Of a stretch of DNA of 64,000 nt, positions 1 through 15,400 are shown in pieces; positions within the stretch are counted from its first letter, which is position 1; each line of letters begins with the position of its first letter. The position numbers and the translations under genes are program-made. A model generated the notes under the pieces. The model was not told the DNA's origin. It ran no database searches and saw only the letters and a program-made list of their open reading frames with translations. The stretch is from Trichoplax adhaerens (taxonomy: Eukaryota; Animalia; Placozoa): the NCBI RefSeq assembly GCF_000150275.1, contig NW_002060945.1, positions 1,003,872 to 1,067,871 on the forward strand. The letters are read 5' to 3'.

Positions 1-479
1 AATGTAGCATTAATTTATTAGGATGAAAAATTGATTGCATAAGATTGAGCTTTCATAAATACGCTATATTTTTTAGCTTGAGATCAAATTATAATAACAA
101 TATCGCATTTTTTTTGACAATGTCAACATAGCTATGTTCACTCGTAATAGTCTAAGTCGTAAAGTTAAATAACATAATTAATACTCTATTTGTGAGCAAA
201 AACATCGAGTCGATGTTCGTGAAAATGTATTTTAATGTTGGAGAATGGTTTCATTAATAAACTAGTAACTGTAATACAAGCATGATAGTTGAAAAATTGG
301 TAGTATCGTACCATCCGCAATTTTATGATAGGAACAGGAGTGATTTATAGTTGAAAACTACATTATCTCTCTTACTGTATGAATGTTCTATTAGTAATTA
401 TTACAGAAAACATTTATTCATTATTCTTTTTATGAGCTGAAATAATTAAAAAAAATTTGGTTTTTATCGATATACTTAC

Positions 480-644
480 AGGTATATTGCACGTTAAGAT
501 ATATTTTTTATCTTTTCCAGGCATAAATTTGACAGCAATTTCATCACTATTAACCCTTACTACTTGAAAATTAGAATCAACTTTGTACAATGTCGACTTA
601 ATACGTTCAAGTTCACTTTTCAAACTTAGACACCCAACGGCCAT
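480..644 (-). CDS. UBE2Q: First coding exon of a UBE2Q-family ubiquitin-conjugating enzyme (N-terminal RWD-like region); gene continues off the left edge
   Basis: ATG at 644. MAVGCLSLKSELERIKSTLYKVDSNFQVVRVNSDEIAVKF...ILTCNIP resembles the UBE2Q N-terminus. The exon ends at a GTAAGT donor (479-474), with a cttttag acceptor just upstream of the ATG. Confidence 0.7.
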
Positions 645-2843
645 TGTCACTTTCTAAAAGAATGAAATATTCCTGATTAAGAGGACAATCATAAGTTGCA
701 GCTTTTAGTCATATACACATAATATTGTCTGTACCACTGGTATAATAAGTAATCGGTCATTTATGTTTTCTACAGCGACCAATACGCTAATATAAAATTA
801 CTAATAATTGCAAATGTAAATTCGAATCGATCAACATGGTTATTATTTAAATTGCAGTCCCTTCTTTTTGATATGTGGTATGTTAATTCTATCGACAGTT
901 TACAGTTTAACTACAGTATAAGACAGAATGGCGTTGAGATTTTAACAGACTTTCAACTTCAGCTAGGGTGTAATCTCCTGATTTTATTTTAGTTCCTGTT
1001 ACAATGGGACATCTTTCTTTATTATTTTTCGAAACTACAATATGATCAACGAGTAAATGGAAAAACAGATATTGTAGAGGTGTTTATTGCACATACTATG
1101 TATTATTTTCCCTTTCTGACTCCAACTATAGAGGCTGTTTGGGGTGTAACATAATCATTTACATTACAGATAATAACTTAGCATGGTACGGTTAATCGAA
1201 AAATTGCAATTTTATACTTTAGTTGAATTAATTCACTTGACTACCGTAAAATCACCAGGAAGAATTAGTGATGATATGCTTTGATTGTGAAGTTATGATC
1301 TATATCTTACTTGAAGACGGAACAGCGAAAGCATTCATGTTTACCGACAATTTTAATCAGAACTACTATATTGTAAAAGTTTACTGGGATTATCGACGAT
1401 TGTATTATGTTTATATGTGCGATAATGGACAGGTATTGGTTTGTCCAGGTAATATGAAAGAATGGAATATTTGTAATAGGGAACAAATTTAACATGTTGT
1501 AAACGTAATAAGGTTACAACAATATATAAATTTAATCATTTACACACATGCGGAACTAGTAGGTTGAATGCTTTAGTCAAAAATGATTATCTTGTACGAG
1601 AACTATTGCTATTATCCTGTTTTAACTGGAAAGTTTGTAAGAGATCAATCATGTTGTCAAATACGGTAGTAATGCAAAATCCTATAACAAGAGGCAGTAT
1701 ATTTTCTTGGCGTATGCTTTGATAGCTAATATAGTACTCATAAGAGGTATAATAAGCTGCACTGGTCTTTCTTTCTCCAAAAAGTAAAAGATATTAATAC
1801 TGCCATTGGCAAAAGTATAGATTATAGATTTGAAAGAGCAAAATAATAATGTACTTTAGGAAAATTAGCCAAATGATGTACGTCACCTACAGAATCTACT
1901 TAATGGTATGATTGCATTCCATTTAGGCATTGATACATCTTGAAAAATGTAATACATATCACGTAAAATTACTGTAGTTAATGCGTTCTAAGATAGGAAT
2001 AATATATATATATATAAAATGTTCATTGATCACTTTTAAAGGTTCATGACTAGCTATTCGACTCTTCCGTGTTATAATAATGAAATAATTCACCAAGAAT
2101 AAGGTATACGTATGTAGTATGTTATTTACCTTGAATGTACACGATATTATTTTTAAAATAAGATATAGTGCATTCAAGTGGCCGTAAGATATATCGCATA
2201 GAATTGCGTTGTTCACTTACTATACTGCTATTACTTCTTTAAAGGTAACAACTAGTAATAAAATTCGATCATGGTCTTGCAAAAGAGTTAACCAAGGATA
2301 GGGAGTACAAATAGTATCTTCAGGGAATACGGCTTGATACTTATGAGATATTTTAAGGTACGAGAGTAGTGTATGTATAAGTTAATTCTATTTTATTATT
2401 GCTGGTCAATTTGCGAGACGTGATCATTTTCTAGCCGGAACGTAACGTAGTTAGCAGTTAGTAATTTTATCGACACATGATCTAGAAAGATCTTGTTGAC
2501 GTATTAGAAGGGTGACAACGAGCATTTTCAAAATCTCTGTTGAAAATATGAACGTAGGTATAGATATCGTTTATCTTAAAATAAAGTGGATACCGCAGAA
2601 GAGATTAATGTAATTTAAGAATATGGATAAAGTGCAATATGTATCCGATGCATTTTATGATCGAAAACGATGAAACATAGACGTACTATTAGTAGACTAT
2701 ATAAGAGTATCCTTGCCACTTCATAAAGGTATACAGTATACATCCTATTTACAGTACTACCAACATAAAGCTTTCATATTCATCAGGAAAATTGAGCGAG
2801 AGTAATAAACACTATAGGCATAGAGATGTAGTATTGTATTTAC

Positions 2844-2925
2844 CTTCAAATGGACGGAATCTTCTATGAAGACAGTGTTTGTTTCAGCTTGAATGTTTCC
2901 TTTTTAGCAATGGATTTGCTATCTT
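2844..2925 (-). other. Probable non-coding 5'UTR exon of UBE2Q
   Basis: Strong acceptor (tttttctttacag) and donor (gaag|gtaaa) on the minus strand. No convincing reading frame. Another GTAAGA donor lies near 3242. Confidence 0.4.
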
Positions 2926-3799
2926 CTGTAAAGAAAAATTCAATACCGCTATATCAATACATATTACGGATTTCAAAGAGGATTGAAGTGGATAAAAGGA
3001 TAAGATAGAAATGGCAATACGTCGAGATTACAAGAATGATATTCTTCTTCCTATATGATGCTATTTGAGTATTACAGTATACTTGTATGAAAAGGATAGC
3101 GTGGCAAAAAGTTAGGATAGACGATCACTTCAATCATTGATCGCTAAAAGAGAGGAGGCCAATGTATAGAAAGTAGGCAAGGTAACGAAAATGAAATGAA
3201 TGATATCAAAGTTAGTCCATGTGCTTTTAATGTCGTTCTTACTATCAATGAATAGTATCCAATTTTGTTAATCCATACTGATGGAAGGAGAACTTTGTTA
3301 TTACTCCATACTGCAAGGACAATATTTTTATCACAAGACGAATAATAACAACAAGTACATATATATGATGGACCACTTGCACTGGAGGCAACAACACCAA
3401 TCGATTCAATTCAATAGGATACAGTACATGCAAGCGCTATTCTATCGATATTAGATCATACATTGGCTGGATATTTGTCGAAGTGCCTTGATACTGTACG
3501 TAGCACTATAGTACTGAAACTGAAGCGACTTTTCCCCTTTGACCGGGTCGTCTTCAATGGGACAGTAATGTAGTTTTGGCATTTTTCTACAAATTGAAAA
3601 TGGGACAAAGTGAGGACTAGACTACATGTATAGTATACCATGACTTCAGCGCTATTACTATCAATGCCATTGGAAAATGTCGCTGACTAATAAACATGAA
3701 TAAAAGAGTCTATCAATGATAGACTCAAAAGAAATGTCATTTTTTTCAAAGATTGAAAAGGACCTTTCTTAAAGCCACCGTTCTTTTCACTGACAGGAT

Positions 3800-4060
3800 T
3801 TGACTGGATCACTGAGGAGATTCTTGAACTTTCGATTCGTTGGCATCAAGCGTTCCAACCCATTAAGTTAATGCTAACAGCTTTAACACTACCAAATAAA
3901 CTTTCACTCTTGATTTGTCGCAATCTGCTTCCACTCAATGAACTAAATCTAGTCAATAATGAGAAATCCAATCATGCAGGAATGGCTTACTCAAACACAT
4001 TAGCGACTAATGAAGAGATGTGGATCTCCTCTGCTTGGTTGACGTCGGAGTGAGTGGATT
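3800..4060 (-). mobile_element. Highly degenerate LINE (CR1/L2-like) ORF2 C-terminal fossil
   Basis: Minus-strand translation ...VNQAEEIHISSLVANVFE*AIPA* resembles the LINE motif 'IYxSLVRPVLEYAxPAW', with stops at the Tyr (3987-3989) and Trp (3972-3974) positions. Confidence 0.4.
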
Positions 4061-4518
4061 TCCACCAGCTACATACGCTTACAGTACACTGTCTACAGTA
4101 CAGTACAGTACAATCTTTTACAGTACATGTACTGTACCTACAGTACTGTACAACATGTACATACTGTAGACAAACCAGCACGGGTGTTACGTGTTGGACG
4201 AGACGTGACTGCTGGCATCGCTTTGTATTATTACGTACCACTTGGTACAGCCATTGTACTGCTGTATGGTAGTGTAAACGGTAGGAGAAGTCGATGCCTG
4301 TCAACGTTTTCAGTCGTGTGAAAAATGACGTACCGTACCGTGCCGTGCCGTACAGACGGTACGTTTCAACACAAAGCGCATCGGCGACAGCTGGACGCTC
4401 AGTCAAGTCACTGGTTCAATCCATTGCTATACAGCTTACATATTGCGGAGGAGGCTAAAGTCGAGTTACGATAGTGACGTTGCTCAAGCAACAAAGATTT
4501 CCAAAAATGATGTCACCC

Positions 4519-5143
4519 GTGACAATGACTTTGATGTGTGACATCTTTTTGGCTGACGATGCTGTCTGATGAAGTAGTGGCACTCCAGTGTAGGTATAGA
4601 AAAAGACGACTATGGATTGGAGAGTCGAATTGGGTAAACTGCATGAATTCACTTTGGATTTCACAGGGAAGAAGAAGAAGTTGCAAGGCACTGCCATGGA
4701 CTACTAGAAATTACGTGTAGTCCATGACTAAAGCAGAAACTCTTACTGTACAGCAGAGAATTTCTCTTGCAAGGAGAATCGTGTAGTTCTATTGTATCCT
4801 TTGCAAAAATAATGTCGCTATGATGTACCTGTGACAATGACTTTGATGGGGTGACATTTTTTTGGCCGACGATGCTGTCTGATGGAGTGGAGGAACTCCA
4901 GTGTAGGTACAGAAAAAGACGACTATGGATTGGAGAGTCGAATTGGGTGAACTGAATGAATTCACTTTGGATTTCACAGGGAAGAAGAAAGAAGTTGCAA
5001 GGCACTGCCATGGAAATTACGTGTAGTCCATGACTAAAGCAGAAACTCCTACTATACACTACAGTAGAGAATTTCTCTTGCAAGGAGAATGGTGTAGTTC
5101 TATTGTATCATTTGCAAAAATAATGTCGCTATGATGTACCGTG
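4519..5143. repeat. Tandem duplication, 2 x ~312 bp, high identity
   Basis: gtgacaatgactttgatg...tgtcgctatgatgtacc starts at 4519 and again at 4831. Confidence 0.95.
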
Positions 5144-6151
5144 GGACTAGTGAACACGACTCGAGAGCGACAATAGCAATGTGACATCCTTTTTGAGACG
5201 GGTGAATCTCATTGCTGTCACCATGGAACTAGGCGAAACATTTTAGTGCAGTCTACGATGACACGGTCACTAACTTACTGGCCCTAGTCATCTATTAGTT
5301 CAAAAGAGCTCGAAAATGATCTAAAATTAAAAACACTTTGTAAAATTGGCTCAGTATGAAAGACTAGCAGAAATTAGCCATCAAGTCTACAGTATTTTAC
5401 CCAGAAATCAGTACCGACCAAATAAATACTGTACAGTACATAAACAAAACAAAATATACAGTACTGTACAGTAATATCAAAAGCATCCACAATAAATACT
5501 GCACAATGCCAATCTAGTTGTGAGTCAACTTGCGACTCTGAGTGACGAAGCCATGATTTACAGCCGTCCACTGGCTCCTTAGAAGCATCGCCCGACAAGT
5601 TACCAGTCTATCCTGTATTCTTAAAGTCATTGCAATCGAGCTGATCGCCTAAAAGCAAACGATTAAAACTACTATTTTAAACCGTGTTCATTCAACTCGG
5701 TGGCCAATCATCAAGAATATTCTATACTATAGTCTGTAAGACACTATGTGGCATGTATCTGTACGGAAGTACGGACAGACTGTATGGCTAATGCGCTATG
5801 CTGTACTGACTGTATCCAGGGACTTGGAAGAATTCCCTGAGTCAGTAGTGAATAAGGCAAGATTAGTACGGTACGGTACAGTATAGATCAAGCTGGTCGT
5901 CAAGGATTAACTACGCATGCTTGCAACGTTGTTACCTACTGTACTCATTACTAGCAATAATTACAGTGTTCTTGCCTCACACCACTGTGGCCACCGATCG
6001 ACCGACATCTTGGATTTTACCTTGGAGTATGTTCAAGACGCTCAAGCATTAAAAAATACTTTATTGGATGTGGCAAAGAATTGAATATATTAAACATTTT
6101 CAACGTAAAGAAGTGAAATTTGGAGTCAGATTATAGTTTATCCAATAAATC

Positions 6152-9100
6152 ATGTCTACAGGACAGGTTGATGAATTATACGATGTTCGAAATGGTTTCT
6201 ACTTAGGAGCTTATTCTCAATGTATAAAAGATGCTCAAAAACTACAGGTAATGTCAAAGATGGCTTTCGTATCGTACACTTTGCTACTCTATGGTTACAA
6301 TGAATTACTACTTTCATTATCATGGACAAGATCTCAGTATACATCTGTGTTATGAGTGTGTTTCGCAAAGTGCATTAAACTTGATAACGATGACATGTAA
6401 TCCAGTATGGTGGCTAGATAGAATTGGCAAGACTGTTGCATTATTTCTCCAGTATTGATCTCAATGTATCTGATCGGAAATAATGTTCCATTTCTCTATA
6501 TCAACTTAAACTAAAATTTGCTGTTGAACAGTATAGTTGGAAGGTAAGGCAGTAATGTACTGTATATCCAAGAGTAATCGATCTGAGTAATATTCAATTT
6601 CTCCATATCAATTTGAAGTTTATTGCTGCTATACAGTATTGCACTATACCATGACTGTAGTGTACTGTACACTCTCAAGTAAGATGGCGATGTCCATACA
6701 TACGAGTAGGAGGTCCAGGTACTTATGAATAGCATCGTTGCTGTCTTTCATAATCGAGATTAGAGAGTAGAGAATTAGCGGTGCTGACATTTCTGTATTT
6801 TTTCCTATGGATTGTTAAGTTCAGCTGGGTAAAATATAGGAATAAGTGTGAAGATACCGTATATGAACTGTAAAATAAGAATAGCTCTACCTTCTACAGT
6901 ACAATATATACGCGTATACATACGAGGTTATACTGCGGGTTCGTCTAGCAATAAGGAATCTGCCATTTCATTTTCTACAAACTACAGGTATTTGATAGGA
7001 AGTGTGAGTCAAATTGCTTTACAATATCAACGTAAAAGAGAGAGAAATTAGACAGATTGTTGTGCCATAGAGGGAATAAAATAAACGGTGTAATAATTAG
7101 AATTGATTTTCTACGTTACTACTTCTTGACTTTATAATTGATCGGAATTGACTGTATAATTTCACTGTATTAAAAGTAGACAAGTTCTGTACTCACTTAT
7201 TCTTTCATTCTGTATGAACTTGCATGAATGTTTTCAACCATCCAGCATTTTCATTCTTACTATTCTGACAGCACCAATATAGTATTTTACAATTATATTT
7301 CGTTTATTAACTTTGATTTATTACTGTAAATGCTCCTGAAGCCATACTTATATGTCCTATGTGATTTAACAGTAATACAGTATCATACTACATACGTTTC
7401 TAGAATTGAATGCGGTGCAACAGCTACAATTTTTACGCTGTGTAGATCATGTCTTAGTTAGTTTTCCATTCTGAAAATTTGACTTAACTAGATACCACCT
7501 TTACGATATGTATTACAGCGCACTATCCGATTGAGTTACTTGCGAATTGTTGACTTGAATAGTAAATGCGCACTTATTTTACAGTAATAAAGTCCATGTT
7601 CACAAAAATATTCCCATGACATGTTTCTATGTATAAAAGTCTGCGGTTTTTCTATTTTTACTAGCTGTCAAATCCACAATTGGCCGTCCAGCGAGACTTC
7701 TTTGTTTACAGAGCTTACACAGCACAGGTAGGTACAACGAAGCTATGTAAAGGACAGATTTACCACCGTTGACGAATTGTTGCTAAATATTTGCTCTAGT
7801 TTATTTTACAAGTTTCGATATTTGGAACTAAAAAATAAATTTCCAGTGAAATAATCATATTCTAATGTATGGATAGTTCTAATAGTGGATGTTACAAATT
7901 ACGATCGCTTCAATTAAACGTTGTAAGGTTAATTTTATTACGGCGACTAGAAAGTAGAAGGACTTATTGAACCACTGTGTAATATATCTCCTAATTTACG
8001 TACAGCAATAACTCTTAGTTTACAATACTCGTAAGTGTACTGTATTCTTGAAGTAACTCTTGTAATTATGCCTTTTAATTACCAGCGGAAATATGCTGTT
8101 GTACTGGATGAAGTCAAGCCCTCATCACCTTTAGAATTGCTAGGTGTGCGCTATTTAGCTATGTACCTATCAGCAACTAGCGAAGCCGAAAGGTGATTTA
8201 ACTACACACAAAAAATGATTCATCACCATTGACTACAACATATGATGTATTGATGTCGATTTGTAATTGATTTCTTTCGTAAGCTAGTAGCTGCGAAAGT
8301 AAGGTATTAAACAATCGGTGATTTATCTTACAAAATGTATGATATTGAATTTCACATAGAGAAAGGACTATCAAAGCTGTAGAAGATAAAATAAAGGATG
8401 GTTTACAAGAAGGCAGTGACTCTTTCTTACTGATGACAGCTACCATGTACCTTCACAAACATGTACGTACTGCATACTCATTGTACTTTATAACCTATAA
8501 ACTGATAGCATCTTATTAATTATATGCTCATTATTTCTAACTTTCTCATACAGGATTATGATAATGCTTTAAGATATTTAAATCAAGTCGAATGCTTAGA
8601 AGGGTAAATTTTTACAAAGTTTTCAATTAGATCTCGCAAGCGTCTTATAGCCTATATAAAGTAAATAAGAATAATTAAGTACAGTATTTTATCAGACTAA
8701 TAATGGTAATTATTTGACTATGTAGATCTTCCTTAGCAATCCAAGCGTATCTAAAGATAGATAGAGTGGATCTAGCCAAGTATGTCAGCCATAAGTTACA
8801 TTTAAACATCATGATTTTTAGCAATTAAAATGGAATCAATTTTATCTTTAGGTTGAAACGTAAACTTTAAGGATATTGTTTCAATAAATCTTTTATTTGA
8901 TTCACTCAGGAAAGATTTAAAGAAGATGCAGGATGAAGATGAGGATGCCACTTTAACTCAACTCGCCCTTGCTTGGTTCAATTTAGCTATTGTAAATACT
9001 ATTTTAGGCTTGATATTTGTGTCCGCGCCTTTATCAATTTACGATCGTACATTCTCTCGATCCAAACGAGCTAGTGCCATTGTTTTGATAATTTATTATA

Positions 9101-9813
9101 TTTGTAAATGATGTTAATTAAGGGCGGTGATAAACTTCAAGATGCCTTCTACATCTTCCAAGAAATGGCTGACAAACACGGAGCAACTGTTTCATTATTA
9201 AATAGTCAAGCATGTTGTCACATCTTGCAAGGAAAATATGATGAAGCTGAAACATTGCTACAAGAAGCTTTTGATAAGGTATTATAATATAAATACTACT
9301 GTTTAATTGTTAAGTTTTAAAAAATCAATTCGTTAAATTTTGTATTAATCCATGATTAATCGCGCCTATTATTATTGTACCAAACAATAGGATAGTAATG
9401 ATCCTGAGACATTAGTAAACTTGGCAATGATTTCTCAGCATCTAGAAAAAGCTCCGGAGGTTATATAAATAACGTTCTATTTTAAGTATCAGTAATCGTC
9501 AGTATACTATATGGACTGAACTACAGTACATGCTAATGCAGAGAACATATTGATATTAAGCGTGTATACATTTTTTCGTTTTCAGATATTTAACCGGTAT
9601 TTGTCCCAAATTAAAGACGCCCATTCTGATCATGAATTTGTTAAAGATTTGGCAGCTAAGGTATAACCACCACACATAACAGCTTACTGTATATTTGTGT
9701 AGTGATGCTGACAGTGATAATTAAGACTGGAAACTAAACTGCTATCTTGTAATTTATAGGAAAAAGAATTTGATATTATGCTCGAACATACACGATCATC
9801 CTACACTAGGTGA
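6152..9813 (+). CDS. COPE: Coatomer subunit epsilon (about 11 exons)
   Basis: [25 protein letters not shown]...; [12 protein letters not shown]|[10 protein letters not shown]; [22 protein letters not shown]|[15 protein letters not shown]; stop TGA at 9811-9813. Canonical splice sites. Confidence 0.95.
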
Positions 9814-12457
9814 AATGTGTATTGGTTGCATTGATTTATTCTGAATATTAAGGAAATGATAAATAAAATAAAACAGTTATCAAAATATATTACAATGCTG
9901 CCATGACGACTATTCTCTGTGCTCGAATATCTAAGAATATCGCATTTTCTTTCAGAGATATTCTTTAGTACTGAGTATAATGTTAAGCCACCTCTCTATT
10001 TCAGGCTGTAAATATTTCTAATATATGTAGACGAAAGGACGGGATACAGTACCTAGGTCATTGTCTGTTACCAATTTACTAGCTGTGGCTGTCTACACCT
10101 TCCAACAATTAGTTAGCACTCGTAATCGTTTCTTACTTAATTTACCAGGTTTTACTTTTGCTAACGTTGAAGAGACGAAATGTACGAAAACGATTTTAAC
10201 GTCATTTATCGACTGTAGTATTAGAAGTTGATAAATCGCGAGATCTAGTTATATGCACGTGGGCTTTACTATAATATTTTTAAACTTTATTTACTGTTAA
10301 TTACTATTAATTGGAGAAGCAATTTTACATTTTGTTAAAGGTATTGCCTTGGAAGTATAGCAATTATCACAAATCCATTCGGCATTCTCTTCACTAGTTA
10401 AGTAGCCGTACGCAGACTGACTTAGGCCAGTGCAAGCGCGGTGAAACCAAACATCACAGCCACTCTCGCATAAAATAGCATCATCGTTATCATTGACTTC
10501 TTTGCCGCATGCCCCACATGGATAAGACGGTTCGTCAGGCTCCTAATTAATACGTATCAATACGTATTTTAATTCAAGATGTACTAACATTACTAAATAA
10601 CATTTAGCAACATAAAAGTTTTTGTTTTCGAAAGTGGTAGCTGACGACAGCCTTATTAGAAATAGAAAGAATAAGGCAAATACCTGCTGAGGCGGTGATT
10701 CAAGTGGTTTATCTTGCTTACGGTTTTGCTTTTTGCTCCGCTTATTACTTTGATTTCCTGTGGATAGAAAAGTTTATTACGGAGTTGCTGATTTAGTTCT
10801 GTACAGTAGTATGATAAGCTTCTGAGTTACACTTCTGAGAGGTACTATTGTATCTCCTACAGTACAAGGAGATTGTTGTTGTTATTAATAGTTCAGCTCG
10901 AACAATTTTTGCATGCCATAAATACACAATTGGTGTTACATTACTGTGCTGTATCTACAGTACATGTCGATACTCGTGTAAATGAAGTTGAGGTATTGAT
11001 CAATTTTGGCATTTACTGCAGTTGATCTGTCTTAAATTGAGAATTTAAAAAATTTTTCACCTTTGAATGTATCTAGTACTGTAAATTAGCGGTAAAAATA
11101 TTTACAAATGCTCTAAGAATTACGAAAGAGGCATTTATCTACATAAGCAAAGTTGATACTTGGTACTTTTAAACAAGAGCAACTTGTGTCCAAAATTCTG
11201 ACGCATAAGCGCAGTCAAATACAGTATATGTACATCATTTATGGTAAATCGATGTCATGTTCAGTAAAAATTTATTTGTCTAGAAAGGATAATTGTATAG
11301 TTTTCATCGTTTCTTAGCGCACAGTAGATTTTACGCCATACAGATCTAAATTACGAATGTAAAACATTAATAATTGGAACGATTTCGAATTCATTCATAT
11401 GCTGTGCTGGGTCGTCTGAACGTTCGTACTGCCATCATGTTTGCTATTTACCATGTTGCAATACTGTACAGAAAAGTTGCCCCACTTTCAAACGTAGGAC
11501 GCAAAACTACTCGTTAGTCAATTAAAACTGACAAACAGACTTGATTGAGCACTGTTATCGTGTTTCGATCTTACGCGTTTTTACGGTGAGTTACTGTAAC
11601 GGTATAAATTGATTTACCATCTCGAGTCCTATTTTAAAGGCTAGACCAAGATGAATCATTAGACTATCTTTACACAAGGCTATGGCTAAGTGTTAATCGT
11701 CTAAAGCCTTTTACGAATACGATATACACTACTAATGGACTAGTTTGCTGTAATTCTATCATAATAGATAATAGGCTTCAATCACTTCAATGAAGGTATT
11801 ACTATTCAGTTTAATCAATTTTCATTATGGTAAACTGTAAATTTAATGTCACCATGCTATTTCTGAAAATGATCAATCAATCTAGACATAGAGAGATTAA
11901 CAAGCATTATGCGCTGGAAACATTCCAGAGGGCCACTACAGTATCGAAAAGTGTTGACTTACGAGTGCTTTGATTTTGTGAACGCGTTCCTTCTCTAGGC
12001 ATCTCGATTAGGTGTTCAATAAATAAGATAAAAAGAGAGATTCCACTTAAAGTATATAGAAAAATATTTTACTATTGCCAATATTAAAAGGATGTCGAAT
12101 AGTAGACACAAGAGTAATGTAAAAAGAAAGTCTTGCAACTCTTTCAGGCTTTGTCTACTGGCATCACTTTGTCAACTTTCGCATTTGTTGCTTAACACAG
12201 TCAAGTGGAGTGAATGCGCCTGTGCAGTGTGTCATGATGCAAAGCACGGACGTTGGGATGGAAGTACACTGGTTGTAGAGTACAAGTACTGTACTCTACC
12301 GTACCGTACGATCAGATCGGGCGAGATCCGGAATCCGGATGTACGGATGTATCTCACAGATTTCTATCTTCATCCAGATTATCACATTCAACCCTACCTA
12401 AATGGATACCTATGCATTGCAGAAAGTGAAATTGCAACTGAATAATGCTAGCATTCA

Positions 12458-15400
12458 ATGGCAGGTATATCAATCATAGATGATAATGTTGCTCTTATAG
12501 GACGGGTATATTAAAACGATACTGTATGCTATCCGCTTAGAATCTCTTGTTTACAATGTATGTAACTTTACTCTTTGCACATCGTTAGTAGGGCTTGAGT
12601 TGTGCAGTGTCGATACAATCGACAAACATCTTCTTATGATTAATTGTTCAGCTGCAATTAAATGCTTCGATCGAATGTGATAGTATTATACAACATGCAT
12701 ATATAACTCGATATATTCAAATTAGTAGACGACGGACGTTTTCTACACTATTACGAGTGATGACAAGCGACTCTACAGAGCTTTGTTATTGATGAATCAA
12801 TGAATAATATTGTCGTTGGAGAAGTGAAGAGATGTACAATTGAACATGCTACATGGATAGTTAATGGATTCACAAAGGATATTTATATTTTGCTATATCA
12901 TTTGGTAGCCAATTACGAAACACTGTACTATAGACATGATATCAATCCGATACCGATGATTACGTATTATGAGTAGATACAACGGCTAACCGATCTAATG
13001 TTCATATTATCGTGTATAATGGTGAATTATCCTTGAACCTGCTTGTACTATAAAAATACTGGCTAAACTATGCTAATTTTAGAAATTTATGACTATTTTA
13101 CATGATTCTTGTACTGAAGTGTGGTATACGATTGCTGTAATATGCAGCTGAACAGTATCTGCTAAAATGTTTCTTCTACTATGTTATCAATCTTAATCAT
13201 TTTATTTATGTGATAAATTCTTAAAACAAGGCCATAAGCGAATTATATAATAGCATTCGACAAAAACAAGATAAAATAACAACTAATACCGAAACCAAGG
13301 TTAGTTGATACACTGTCCTTGTTTAACATTTTATGACATATCCTATTTACTAAAAATCAGCCGCACATTGCCATCATATCGTAAAATATGCCTGTATCTC
13401 ATCTTGATAGTACGAAGCAATAAAATTGTTATGGGAGAATGTTAAAGCCGAAACTGATACTGCTAGATCAGCAAGTTGTTATTATATACTGAAGTTGATC
13501 GAATGTGGCCAAATGGACTACCAGTATGCAGTACAGAAAATGATCAGTTATGCTATATTCATAAAGTAAATATATCTTTCATATAAATAAATTTTTACAT
13601 TTTATGATACTAGCTCCATTTCTCGCTTTATTAAACTGAGTGATATAGTGATAGACGTCGACTTACCTCATTCAAATATTAACTATTATATATATATATA
13701 TATATATATAAAAATTAACAGAATAGAAAAAATGAATGTAAAGTATTGTACTGTCAGTACGTTTAAAAATCGAACAGAGTGCAAAGTAATATGATGTCGT
13801 TTTTATAAAAGTAAATAAATTCTGTTTTTGCAATATTACAGTTACTGCACAACAATTCGAATAAATACTTTAAATACCCTATATATTCTGTTATGAAAGG
13901 CATCCTTCAACGGCCCTGCATACCATTTCAAAGATGCTACAACTTCATCCAATTAGCAACGTACAATTCAGTGAAGGAAGCAATTTAAACCAACTCAGGT
14001 TTGAAAAATATTTAATAAAGATATTACAATTTTTTTCTGGCTAAATAACAATTTCTACATGTATATTAAATTTTATTTTATATAGCGTAAATATGTCGAT
14101 ACATTGATATATAATTCGTGTAAAATTTCTTACCTTAGATTCTCAAATCACCCTTTCATAACGCTATTAGTACAACGGGATAATTTATGGCCAATGGTCA
14201 TGACAGAAATTGAGGAAATTTTATGCTCACGTGATAAAAAGTAATCAATCATATTTTTATCGTATTGACATTATGCTTCATAATATTATTGACTTCTATA
14301 ATAATCGAAAGTTTTGAACGTTATGAACGGCTTATGTACTCGTACGGGTACATCGAATGTAACGGACATAACGTATGATTCTACTATGATGTAAAGATAA
14401 AATCTTAATCCAAGGCAGTAAATATAAAATAGCGTTCTATTTAAGAGAAGCACCATGATACTTACTATAGAATTTAATTTACATAGTTGTTACTAAATGA
14501 TCTGTAAATAAAAAATTAGATTTTTTTGGTTAAAATTATACTTACCTATCAATGTTACCTGGGTAAAAAATATTTTCAATTTTCCAATTAATAATGAGTT
14601 CAATCTAAAAATACTTCACTATAGGATCGCCCAAGATGCATTGGAGTTATTGCAACCTGTCCTAATCTATGTACTAATCAAGCCTGCACTAACACCAAAC
14701 TTACAGTTAATGAAGCAAAGATTACAGAACCTACTCATCCATGAAGTCATGCGTCACAAAAGTAGAGGAGACTTACTAAATTTTCTGTTAAAATTGCCGC
14801 CGATAATGCTATCTTACCGTGTAAGTTTAATCTTTCTAATAATAAATATTTTACCTTACAAGTAATCGATTTCATCTCATTTTTACTGAATTTATATAGT
14901 TTGAAAATGATGATTCACTTTATGATGCCGCTACATTTTGTTGTTACCTTGCTGACTGTACCCTTTGTTTGCCACGCCTGAATGGTATAAAAATTTTTTA
15001 CCCTAATTATTATAGTACTGCAATAGTAAAAATTACAGGAGAAATAGCGACGATTTCGTATATCAAGATTATTCCGTGAACATTTCTTATTATTCTTTCA
15101 AATAATATAAAATACTTATTTTTTCGTTTAGTAAATAGTTTACTGATGGTAAGGCGATACCTGATGGCAATTTCCTCCGAATTTATACAAAGGCATCATT
15201 ATAACATCTCGGCCTACATCGATTTGCTGTTAAAGATTGCCTTAAAATCGCCCGAGGTATCTATATCTATAAGTACTATTGGTATCTATAATAAGTTACA
15301 GTATTAGACTTAAGAAAAGACATGGCTCCAACTTCGTATTGATTCAATCACTCTTTTTGATGATGTGTAGTCATCATGAAATATAAAATTGAATGATTAG

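Noticed and set aside
3987-5083. Cluster of 60-140 aa ORFs
   Set aside because: They arise from TACAG-type simple repeats and the 312-bp duplication; no recognisable protein.
9900-12450. COPE-FOCAD spacer including the 117-aa ORF at 12092
   Set aside because: No homology or coherent exon chain; probably promoter/UTR sequence.
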